Assembly (NCBI GenBank): GCA_001600815.1
Contig: BCKZ01000032.1
Location: 124,001-149,228, forward strand
Direction: 5' to 3'
Source of the DNA: Alloascoidea hylecoeti
Lineage: Eukaryota
Length of the DNA: 25,228 nt
Shown: one piece after another, positions 1-8,836 of the stretch
Position numbering within the stretch: the first letter of the stretch is position 1
Layout of the letters: each line of letters begins with the position of its first letter
Program-made: the position numbers and the translations under genes
Notes under the pieces: model-generated
Seen by the model: the letters and a program-made list of their open reading frames with translations, nothing else
Told to the model about the DNA's origin: nothing
Databases searched by the model: none

Positions 1-70
1 ATCATCAACAACAACATCATCATCATCAACAACAACAACAACAACAACAACAAATTCAAATTCAAATTCA
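1..70 (+). repeat. Coding (CAA/CAT)n and (AAATTC)n microsatellite encoding a Ser/Thr/Asn low-complexity tract
   Basis: Seen directly: atcatcaacaacaac...caaattcaaattcaaattca. Confidence 0.85.
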
Positions 71-1489
71 AAAACATTATCAGAAGATGTTGTATTACAA
101 TATTATTTTGATAGATTTTGTCCATTATTCGATCATCCAAAAACTTTCCCATTTCCTGAAATCGTTTTAAAACATTGTGGTTATGATGTCGCAAAATGTT
201 GTTTTGTATCAATTAGTTATATTCATTTATATGAATCTTTACAAAATACTGAATATTATTTAAAAGGTGTTGATCATATTAATAAAACAATGGAATATTT
301 AATGAATTATTTAATGAATTATTCTGATCCAACTGAAATGGAAAATGATCCAAATGTTATAGATATAAATGATTCACCAATAAATGATGATGATAATAAT
401 AATAATTTGTCAAATTCAATTAATATTAATGTTGTACTTTATAATTTAAGAAAAGAAGTACTTGATAAAAACACTTATACATTTTTCATAATATTAATAT
501 TAATTTATGTTCATATATTATTTGAAATTGTTGAATCTGGTCGTTCAGCAATTGTTCGTACATTATTTGAACTATTTTTAAAAATTTTAACAGATGATAT
601 AATAAATTCAAAATTACAAAAAAATATAGATTTAGGTTCACAATCATTAATATCTGCAATGTCATGGTATGAAATTGTAACAACTTGTACATCATCAGAT
701 TCAAGATTACCAAATTGTGAAAAATTATGGTTTGGTGATTCAAAAATTTTAGAAAAATTAATGGGATGTCCTGGTTTTATATTTATGAATTTATATGATA
801 TAACAATATTAAGACATGATTTACATTCAAATTCAAATTCAAAAAAGAAGTACCAAAAAAAAAATTTATCAATTAAAGAAATTGAATTAAAATATTTAGA
901 AATTAAAAAAAATTTATTAAATTATAGAAATTTTATAACACCATCAAAATCATCAAAAGAATCTTTTTTTAATTTACAAATTATACAATGTTGGATGTTA
1001 TCATCATTAATTTTTCTAAATAGAACAATTTCAAATCATTTAACAATTAAAAATTGTCCATCAATTTATCCATCTTTTATATTAAATTCTACAACCAATT
1101 CAAATGATAATGAAATTGAAAATGATAATGAATCATTATCTCCAATTTCAATATTAAATTCAACATTAGTAAATGAATTCATTTCAATTTATTCAAATTT
1201 TAATCCAAATTTTAGATTTGTTGTACAATTAGTTTGGCCATTATTTCAAATTGGTGTTGAATGCTTTAATTTAGAATCAAAATTAAAAATTTTAAATTTT
1301 TTTGATTCTTTATATAAAACTTGTAAAATGGGTAATATTATAACAATGAAAAATTTAATAATAGAATGTTGGGGTGATGTTTTAATTAATGGTAAAATTG
1401 TTGAAAATGTTAATAAAAGAAAAAAATGGTGGGAAGTTTTAAATGGTGAAAATTGGTTTGGTTCTCATATTGATTTATTACCTATATAA
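1..1489 (+). CDS. 5'-partial fungal-specific transcription factor domain protein (Fungal_trans_2/PF11951-like C-terminal region, probably of a Zn2Cys6 regulator)
   Basis: The frame of ORF 290..1489 is open back to position 2 (SSTTT...NSKTLSEDVVLQYYFDRFCPLFDHPKTFPFPEIVLKHC...), so the gene starts left of the window. Motifs 'SAMSWYEIV', 'LMGCP' and 'LVWPLFQIGVEC...R/K...MGNI' fit this domain family. The zinc cluster itself is not visible. Confidence 0.75.
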   Translation, partial: SSTTTSSSSTTTTTTTTNSNSNSKTLSEDVVLQYYFDRFCPLFDHPKTFPFPEIVLKHCGYDVAKCCFVSISYIHLYESLQNTEYYLKGVDHINKTMEYLMNYLMNYSDPTEMENDPNVIDINDSPINDDDNNNNLSNSININVVLYNLRKEVLDKNTYTFFIILILIYVHILFEIVESGRSAIVRTLFELFLKILTDDIINSKLQKNIDLGSQSLISAMSWYEIVTTCTSSDSRLPNCEKLWFGDSKILEKLMGCPGFIFMNLYDITILRHDLHSNSNSKKKYQKKNLSIKEIELKYLEIKKNLLNYRNFITPSKSSKESFFNLQIIQCWMLSSLIFLNRTISNHLTIKNCPSIYPSFILNSTTNSNDNEIENDNESLSPISILNSTLVNEFISIYSNFNPNFRFVVQLVWPLFQIGVECFNLESKLKILNFFDSLYKTCKMGNIITMKNLIIECWGDVLINGKIVENVNKRKKWWEVLNGENWFGSHIDLLPI

Positions 1490-1579
1490 TTGTTATAACT
1501 ATATATTATATATTTATTATTGAGAGGGATACATATTGTTTATTATTTAGAGGGATGTTTATAAAAATAAAGAAAAAGA

Positions 1580-1730
1580 GAATTTGAATTTGAATTTGAA
1601 TTTGAATTTGAATTTGAATTTGAATTTGAATTTGAATTTAATTTGATTTTAATTTGATTTTAATTTGATTTCAATTTGATTTTAATTTTGTTTAATTTTG
1701 TTTAATTTTGTTTAATTTTGTTTAATTTTT
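1580..1730. repeat. Compound tandem repeat: (GAATTT)10, then (AATTTGATTTY)4, then (AATTTTGTTT)4 plus a partial unit
   Basis: Counted from the sequence: 1580-1639, 1640-1683, 1684-1730. Confidence 0.92.
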
Positions 1731-1900
1731 GATTAAAAAAAGTATACATATGTTTTGATTTATTTAAAATTATACCGCACTACAGATTACTTATATTATA
1801 TTTATTATCATTATATAATGATTATTTCTAATATCTACCTTACACATTTATTATGATTAGTTAATTGGTCCTACCATGACCAAGAAATCCACCCATGTGG

Positions 1901-2194
1901 ATAAACCTGTGAACCTCTGATAAACTTTATTTGATATTTCGAATTCATTGAACATTAAATGACTACAGAGCTGAAATGATATCTAATGTAACAGCAGGTC
2001 ATATCTATGTTGAAACTAGTATACGTAGTATTGCTGGTACTCACGGTGATACTATAAGATGTGTCTGACTTCACTTTACATTTTCAACATAAGTATAATC
2101 TGCTTAGGCAAAATAGATGAGATATTGTTTACCTCTGTAGTCATTTGAGTCATCCATATTTCATTAAGGTTTATCAATTATGTCAAAAGTTTAT
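1901..2194. mobile_element. Foldback (long imperfect inverted repeat) element, MITE-like
   Basis: AAATGACTACAGAG (1957-1970) is the exact reverse complement of 2133-2146. TATGTTGAAA (2006-2015) pairs with 2082-2091 and TGATAAAC (1918-1925) pairs with 2169-2176. The arms are collinear around a ~65-bp spacer. The repeat is directly seen; a mobile-element origin is inference. Confidence 0.55.
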
Positions 2195-3176
2195 AATTTT
2201 CGAGGTACTACAACAATGCCTATATCTAGTACAGTACACATAATCGATTAATTAAGATTTGTCTCATAAGGCTAATACAAAATATCCATTTTTGTCAGAT
2301 ATATTTATAAAATTCATTCATGCTACTGTTTCTTTTTTTTATTCAAGTTATCATGTGCGAGAGGATAGATGCCCACGCTCATTTCAATCTATAGATAAAT
2401 GCAATGACCAACCGTAGGCCCTCTATATATACTGAATCTACTAGTTACATTTTATATTATGCATATGATCTCATATTATGGAATCGAAACATGAGTTAAT
2501 CATAACTTCAACGGTTTCGTTTCTTTTATTTATCTATATAAATTGATAATGATGATTCAGGTATAGTAGAAATAAAAAAGTGGTTATAACTTCATTTATC
2601 ATCTTACAGTATTGTGACTTGTTTGGTGCCTACCTCTGCGAACAAAAATAAAAAAAAAGTGCGATATTTTCGTATCCAACTCTGACTCCCTGAATAGTAA
2701 ATATAAAATAATGTAATCATTTCTTTTTGGTTTGTGCTGCCATAATATAATGCAGTAAGCATAGTTAAAGTTTGCTATTATAATAAATGTAGATTACCAT
2801 AATGGAACATGCATACGAAAATCTATTAATGATATAGATATAATGAAAAGTGAATCAATTACAATATACTATCAGGTCAATAGCAGTAGCCGATTTTAAT
2901 AAAATGTTAATAATATTCAGTGGTTATATGATTCAATTATATGATAATACCATGTTCATTATATATTTATAGGCATTTACCATATTATGTATGATTTCCA
3001 TTTGAAAAGAGTTCTTTCTTTAGGTGTATGCAAAAAAAAAAAACGAAACTTAAATATCAGCAATCTTTTTTTTTCAGAATTATAAAAGGCCAACAATTAG
3101 GATATTTTTTCTTTCCTTTACATTTTCTATTTCTTTATCATCTTAATTACTTTATCTATTTTATTTATATCTACAG

Positions 3177-4775
3177 ATGTCACAGCCAAGGGAAAATAAT
3201 AATGCTACCATTATGCATTCATCATCTACAAATGATCATGTAATACTAAATTTTAATATACCATATTCATCTTTATTGCAAGAAGATACCAAAATCGGTC
3301 TCCCAACAGCTACAAATGATAAACCAGCAGTTAATGCTATTGTTCCATCTCTATCGTTATTACAAAAAGATAATAAAATTGATCTCTTATCACCTAAAAA
3401 CATGCAATCAGCTCCCAATGTATCACAAAAAATTAGAGAAATAAATCAACCACCTATAAAAAAGAATTCTAAAGTTAAACAATCATCAGTTATATTTAAA
3501 AATAATCAATTAGAAGCTCATACCAATCTTCGCCATACAAAATCAAGGGAAGTAGCTATAAATCATCTCCTGCATTGGGGTATTCAATCATTCTTGACTC
3601 ATTACCATTTCTACAATTACAAACCCACACCAATCCAGTCTATTATACGAATAATTAAATTATTTTGTTTCGATATGCCTAAATCTGATGGGTCTATAGA
3701 CCTCAATTCAGAAGAAGGTTATCATTACTTATATTTACATCTCGTACATATGCTGGGCAAGGAATATGACACCAGAACATGTAGACTGAAAGTCTTTAAT
3801 TTTAATTTGGAGAATTTGGGAAATCTTTGGACCAAAATAGATGAAGCCAAAAATATTATTGTTTTGACAGGTGCTGGAATATCCACCTCATTAGGAATTC
3901 CAGATTTCCGTTCTAAGGAAGGTTTTTACCAATCAATAAAACAAGCCGATATTGAAAAATATCACCTGAAGGGACCTGAAGATGTGTTCACAATGGATAC
4001 CTTCATGAAGAATCCTCACCTTTTTTATGACGTTACAGAACGTCTAATACCTGATTGTGAAATATTTACTCCAACACATGCTTTTATTAAGCTTTTGCAA
4101 GATAAAGGAAAATTGTTGAGGAATTACACCCAGAATATCGATAACATGGAATTTCACTGTGGAATCAAAGATAACAAGTTGGTTCAGTGTCATGGATCCT
4201 TTAGAACAGCTTCATGCGTGACATGTGGTTTCCAATGTGTTGGTTCTGAAATATTTGAAAACATGATAAATAAAACAATTCCAAAGTGTCCCGAATGTGA
4301 CAAAGATATAGCTGAGTATGAGAAAAAAATTTGCTTCGGAAATTTTACTAACCGCCAAAAAATGAATAAATTAAAAATCAATAGAGACCATTCAGATGTC
4401 TCATATGGTGTCATCAAACCTGACATCACCTTTTTTGGGCAAGACCTTCCACAGCGATTTAATGAATGCTTAAAAATAGATAGAGCTGGAAAAGATGGAA
4501 AATGCGATCTTTTGATCTGCATAGGTACTTCTTTAAAAGTTGAACCTGTTAATCAAATTGTAAAACATTTTTCAGATGTGCCACAAATTTATCTCAATCG
4601 AGATCCAGTGATTCATACCGATTTTGACGCCACATTTCTGGGGAGTTCTGATGTTGCTGTTGAGTATATCTGTCAACAAATGGGGTGGCAGTTTGAGCAC
4701 GAAATGCTTAAAAAGAAACCACTTGTGTTCACAGAGAAATACTTTAGTGTTTTTGAAAGTAAGTTACAGGCTTAA
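3177..4775 (+). CDS. SIR2: NAD-dependent protein deacetylase, Sir2/Hst1 subfamily (divergent paralog), 532 aa
   Basis: GAGISTSLGIPDFRS, FIKLLQDKGKLLRNYTQNIDNME, QCHGSF (catalytic His), CxxC...CxxC zinc ribbon, YGVIKPDITFFG, IGTSLKV. A Sir2/Hst1-type N-terminal helical region precedes the core (HWGIQSFLTHY...IIKLFCF). Orthology (SIR2 vs HST1 vs lineage-specific copy) cannot be resolved here. Confidence 0.92.
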   Translation: MSQPRENNNATIMHSSSTNDHVILNFNIPYSSLLQEDTKIGLPTATNDKPAVNAIVPSLSLLQKDNKIDLLSPKNMQSAPNVSQKIREINQPPIKKNSKVKQSSVIFKNNQLEAHTNLRHTKSREVAINHLLHWGIQSFLTHYHFYNYKPTPIQSIIRIIKLFCFDMPKSDGSIDLNSEEGYHYLYLHLVHMLGKEYDTRTCRLKVFNFNLENLGNLWTKIDEAKNIIVLTGAGISTSLGIPDFRSKEGFYQSIKQADIEKYHLKGPEDVFTMDTFMKNPHLFYDVTERLIPDCEIFTPTHAFIKLLQDKGKLLRNYTQNIDNMEFHCGIKDNKLVQCHGSFRTASCVTCGFQCVGSEIFENMINKTIPKCPECDKDIAEYEKKICFGNFTNRQKMNKLKINRDHSDVSYGVIKPDITFFGQDLPQRFNECLKIDRAGKDGKCDLLICIGTSLKVEPVNQIVKHFSDVPQIYLNRDPVIHTDFDATFLGSSDVAVEYICQQMGWQFEHEMLKKKPLVFTEKYFSVFESKLQA

Positions 4776-4779
4776 ATAC

Positions 4780-5002
4780 AAATATTTGATGATTGATTTT
4801 TGGGGATGATGTTTTCATGAATGGTGAAATTGTTGAAGGTGTTAATTATAGGAAGAAATGGCGGTAGTTTTAAGTGTGAAAATTGATATTGTTCTCATAT
4901 TGATCTATTATATATTTATTATATACATATTGTTTATAATTTAGAGAGTTGTTTATTTAACTACTGAAGATAGAATTTGAATTTATTTGATTTTTGATTT
5001 TT
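4780..5002 (+). pseudogene. Degenerate direct copy of the last ~45 codons plus 3' flank of the upstream TF gene
   Basis: Translates with frameshifts and stops as KYLMIDFWG/DVFMNGEIVEGVNYRKKWR...EN*YCSHIDLL, versus KNLIIECWGDVLINGKIVENVNKRKKWW...ENWFGSHIDLL. Exact shared strings: GTTCTCATATTGAT (1461-1474 / 4891-4904) and ATACATATTGTTTAT (1529-1543 / 4923-4937). Confidence 0.9.
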
Positions 5003-5024
5003 CATTAATCATTATAATTAGTAC

Positions 5025-5362
5025 TGTATATCTAGCAATATCTAACGAGTAGACCTATACGAGATAAAGTTCGGCAGTTTCGATGCCTGTGAATCTCCAT
5101 ATTATATATATTTTGGATATACTCCCTAGCCTTAATAACTTTCCTTTATCCTGTAATAGCTTGATAAAGGGTGGGGTTTTACAAACAGGTATTATCTTGT
5201 GACATCGTAAAACAATTTGCGGGGTGCTTTATAAAAGTATAGTCATTGTGAATAAATATTCTGGTCCATATATGTGATATTTTTCAATGAAGTCGATATT
5301 CTAGCAGAAACAATAGGTATAATATTTTTAGTTTCTGTTGTTTTATAAATAGCCCAAAGATT
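5025..5362 (-). pseudogene. Decayed Sir2/Hst1 sirtuin copy, inverted relative to the intact gene (weak similarity may extend to ~5680)
   Basis: Minus-strand blocks in the same order as the intact gene: NLW...KNII...ISTS, IEKYHIYGPEYLFTM, KLFYDVT, FIKLLQDKGKLLR (5130-5168), YIQNIYNMEIH, GIETAEL. It carries frameshifts, stops and a deletion of the GIPDFRS segment. Confidence 0.9.
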
Positions 5363-5994
5363 CACTGTACTACATACAGATTTATAATTGCTTAGTTTAT
5401 ACCCCCTCTTCCAGCTTCCCAGTGTCTTTTAATAAGTACTAATGGAAGCTTATACATTCTATTTAGAGTAAGTTTCCCTGACTTAGCGCCTCATGGGAGT
5501 TGACATGACATTAATGTATCCCTCGAGGAATATCGAGGGAGAAAACACCACTCCCAGCATTTATAAGATCAAGAATTATTGTAGGTCATAACTCTCCGTG
5601 CTAAACAGCCAATTCAAGGTTAAGAAAATCAGAAAGTGTACTCATCATTGTAATTGAAATTTAACGCACCCCAATCTGGACAGGGCTACAGGGCAGAAAA
5701 TAATGCATCCGTATTGCAGTGTACTATAGAAAATACGGGTCCATTAGAGTAACCTTGTCCGGCCCAGTTTAGAATGAGTGACATTGAGATGAACAGGTGA
5801 AGTATTTTGGCCTTAGCTTTGAAAAATTTCAACCGACTGTTACGATTTTGAAGGCTATGATCATGATTACAATATTAAAGGAATTTTTTAATAATAGAAA
5901 AAAAAGAGTCATTTTAAAATTATACATAGTACACACAATTATCTTCTGCTAATCTATATCAAATTATCTAATAAATTAAAAATGTAAGAAACAA

Positions 5995-7272
5995 TTATTT
6001 CACATTAACTAATTTAACATCAAAGGTTAATTCACTATTTGCTGGAATACCAGGTAAAGCTTTTTTACCATAAGCCATTGAAGCAGGAATAACAATTCTT
6101 CTTTCACCAGCAGTTTTCATACCAGAAACACCGACATCCCAACCTTTAATAACTTCACCTTTACCTAATGTAAAATAAAAAGGTTTACCTTTTGTATTTG
6201 AATCAAAAACTTTACCATTTGATAATTTACCAATATATCGAACACCAACTTTTGAATTTTTCTTAGCAATTGGACCATCACCAACTTTCTTATCTTCAAT
6301 TGAAACACCACCTGTTAATAGTCTCTTACCTGTTGGACCTTTTTCTAAATTTTTATTAAATTGAACATCTTTTTTTTCATCTTTGGATTTTTTTGCTTTT
6401 TTAGATGGCTTTTCAGTTGGTTCTTCAGCAGATCTCTTTGATGATTTCTTAGCTTCTTTGGCGGCTTCTTTCTTAGATTTTTTGGTAACCTTTGGTTCTG
6501 GTTTTACCTCTTCTTCTTCTTCTTCTTCTTCTTCTTCTTCATCATCATCATCATCATCTTTTAATTCTTCAACTTTAGCCATAATTTCATCTTCATCTAA
6601 GTTATTGATGACCTCATCCTCATCAGGACTTAAATCTTGTTCATCATCTTCATCAGAAGATTCATCGTATAATTCATCATCAGTAGATTCATCATCAAAT
6701 GGGTGAATAATATAGTTACCAGAAAGATGAATTGGATATGAACCAGTAGCAACAAACATAACTTCTTCTCTTGGGTTAATAGTCAAGTCTAAAGATTGTT
6801 GAAACTGAACTTTTGGAGATAAAGTGCAAAGAACAAATTCAGCAACATCGTCTTCTTCATCCTCATCGTCATCTTCACTTAACTCGTCTTCTTTAGTAGC
6901 AGCGGCTTTCTTTCCCTTTTTGCTCTTTGGTTTCTCTTCTTCTTCTTCACTTTCACTATCTTCCTCATCACTTCCAGCAACTAAATCCTCGTAATCAATA
7001 TATTGTGGATTAGCTCTTTTTAAAACTCTTAAAGTAGATGGTTTTTCTTCATCATCGATTGGAGAATCAGGATCAATTGCAGCCAATGTGATTCTAATTG
7101 TAACTGGATATTCTTCTTCAATAGCAGGAGAAGGGCTATAAGGATCCAGTTTTAAATTATATGATGAAATTGGTAAGAGACTTGTTGGAACATCATCATA
7201 TCCTTCACTTGAAGATGATCCAGAATCAGAATCATCATAAAAGTCTTGTTCATAAGCAGCAACTTCAGACAT
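5995..7272 (-). CDS. FPR3: Nucleolar FK506-binding peptidyl-prolyl isomerase / histone chaperone (Fpr3/Fpr4 family)
   Basis: Nucleoplasmin-like N-terminal domain (LLPISSYNL...[21 protein letters not shown]...QQSLDL, IHLSGNY), acidic and basic tracts, and a C-terminal FKBP domain ([18 protein letters not shown]...[11 protein letters not shown]...[13 protein letters not shown]). Confidence 0.96.
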   Translation of the reverse strand: MSEVAAYEQDFYDDSDSGSSSSEGYDDVPTSLLPISSYNLKLDPYSPSPAIEEEYPVTIRITLAAIDPDSPIDDEEKPSTLRVLKRANPQYIDYEDLVAGSDEEDSESEEEEEKPKSKKGKKAAATKEDELSEDDDEDEEDDVAEFVLCTLSPKVQFQQSLDLTINPREEVMFVATGSYPIHLSGNYIIHPFDDESTDDELYDESSDEDDEQDLSPDEDEVINNLDEDEIMAKVEELKDDDDDDEEEEEEEEEEEVKPEPKVTKKSKKEAAKEAKKSSKRSAEEPTEKPSKKAKKSKDEKKDVQFNKNLEKGPTGKRLLTGGVSIEDKKVGDGPIAKKNSKVGVRYIGKLSNGKVFDSNTKGKPFYFTLGKGEVIKGWDVGVSGMKTAGERRIVIPASMAYGKKALPGIPANSELTFDVKLVNVK

Positions 7273-7354
7273 TGTTCAAATGTTTATATTAATATAGGTG
7301 GAAGTGGGAGTGGAAAGTTTTTTTTTTGGGAAAACGATGCTTCTTATACACAAT

Positions 7355-7364
7355 AATTTTTTCA
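7355..7364 (-). promoter_or_regulatory. RRPE-like element (TGAAAAAATT) upstream of FPR3
   Basis: AATTTTTTCA lies ~85 bp upstream of the FPR3 ATG. RRPE is typical of ribosome-biogenesis promoters, but such motifs also arise by chance in AT-rich DNA. Confidence 0.4.
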
Positions 7365-7438
7365 CGTTGAAGAAAAAACTTTATTTTGCCCTGTGGAAAA
7401 AAATTATAATAAAACATTGTCATGGAAACCAAATGTTA

Positions 7439-7446
7439 CACGTGAT
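7439..7446 (-). promoter_or_regulatory. Cbf1-type E-box (ATCACGTG) upstream of FPR3
   Basis: CACGTGAT on + equals the RTCACGTG consensus on -, ~170 bp upstream of the FPR3 start. Confidence 0.4.
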
Positions 7447-7772
7447 CTAGGATCAAAATTCAAACATAATTATTCATAAATACAAGTAGCAATAAATTAT
7501 GATGAAAACTCATGATCTTGATCATTTAAATTTATATTACTCATGAATCTTGATGAAATTCAATTATTCAAAACATTGGGCACGTTTTTCACTTTCAGGG
7601 TTGACCACTCCTCATTCAGGGTCGTGATACCTGCTTGCATTCAATAAAAGTCTGCAATTGCAAACTTTTGGGTTTAGAGATAAGTTAGAATACAACGACT
7701 TTCATTAATTAAATTACTTAAAATAAATTTCTTATTACACATATAGATATGATTAAGATATGTACACAAAAA

Positions 7773-8468
7773 TTAAAAGTTTAAAAGATGAGGCCTATCA
7801 CCATTTTTCAAACTAAAAGATGAACCAAGATATTGTTTTAAAAGTGGAGTCTTTTTAATTGAATTTAATAAAGTTGAATCAATTTGTTTTTGAATTTTGA
7901 TTTTATCCTCAGAAATTGTTTTAGTTTCTTTTTCATCATTGAAAAATTCAGCTTCACCGGATTTTGATTTTTTAGATTCTTCTCTTTCAAAAAATTTAGC
8001 ATCAATTGAATCAATATTTAAAGCATCAATGCTAACTTTAGTTGAAGTAGCGATAACATAGCGAGAATTAACTCTCTTCAATGGAACACCATTAATTTTG
8101 AAAGGGCCGGTAACTAATAATGTATTGTCTTCTAATCGTTTTAAATAGACAACTCTTTTACCACGGAATCTACCTGCTAATAAAATTAAAACAGTACCTG
8201 GTTGCAAAGATGATCTAAGTTTTTGTGGACGTTGAGATTTACGAGTTGTTTTCAAAACACCTGCTTCTTCAGCTGCGTACCATTTTTGTGCCTTTTGAGT
8301 TGGAATGGTTCTTTGACCACCGTTCTTGGCCTATTTTCAATATAGTTGTTAATGTATTGCTTTCATGTTTGAAGATTATTATATCGTAGAATTGTGTGAT
8401 ATATAATAATAATTGCTGGGTTAAATACTTACACCTCCAATAGTCTTTGTTGTAACAGCAGCACTCAT
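7773..8468 (-). CDS. RPL6: 60S ribosomal protein L6 (eL6); exons 8468-8433 and 8330-7773, 197 aa
   Basis: Exon 1 reads [12 protein letters not shown], followed by a phase-0 GTAAGT intron. Exon 2 reads [22 protein letters not shown]...[27 protein letters not shown]...GPFKINGVP...GDRPHLLNF. The ORF track start at 8255 is an internal TTG. Confidence 0.95.
8331..8432 (-). other. Spliceosomal intron of RPL6 (102 nt)
   Basis: 5' GTAAGT, non-consensus branch-like CATTAAC, 3' TAG. Removal joins the two exons in frame. Confidence 0.85.
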
Positions 8469-8836
8469 TATTTCTTATTCTGTTTAAATCTTTCAATATT
8501 GGTGTTGTGAAGGTGCCGAAATATGTCAGTATGTAGATTACGCAGTGATAAAATATATCGGAATGGGGTTGTGACGTTGATTTCCGTTTTCGGAACGGGG
8601 ATAAACAGCCAAGTGGAAACCAAGCTTTCTGACCATTCACAAAAAATCGGAAACATCCACCCTCAGGAGGGTGTCAGTGAGATTTATTCGTATGATAGAG
8701 ATGACCTCATGAAACAGTCCGGCAGTGGTAGTGCTTCTGAGCAGATACTCACAGTAAACGCCAGCCAAGTGTGTAACTGTGATCACGCATCATTATATAT
8801 GAAAGATCAGATCTGACAAACCTTCTGATTCCTCAC

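Noticed and set aside
1580..1730. Tandem arrays considered as CRISPR or telomeric repeats
   Set aside because: No unique spacers, eukaryotic context, internal position and mixed unit lengths.
3026..3176. Possible 5'-UTR intron of the sirtuin (GTATGC ... pyrimidine tract ... CAG|ATG) and ORF 3028..3243
   Set aside because: No convincing branch site; cannot be supported without transcripts; the ORF is low-complexity.
5494..5556. Nested hairpin (TGGGAGT/ACTCCCA enclosing TCCCTCGA-GGAATA-TCGAGGGA) considered as a ribozyme or ncRNA
   Set aside because: No hammerhead CUGANGA core and no tRNA or snoRNA boxes; probably lies within the decayed sirtuin copy; the stems are short.
7508..7625. Short direct repeats (ACTCATGA(A)TCTTGAT twice; TTCAGGGTYG twice) between FPR3 and RPL6
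   Set aside because: Two copies each with no recognisable factor consensus; likely local slippage.
8269..8816. ORFs 8269..8640, 8468..8656 and 8523..8816
   Set aside because: They overlap the RPL6 exon 1/intron and the divergent promoter; no protein-family signal.
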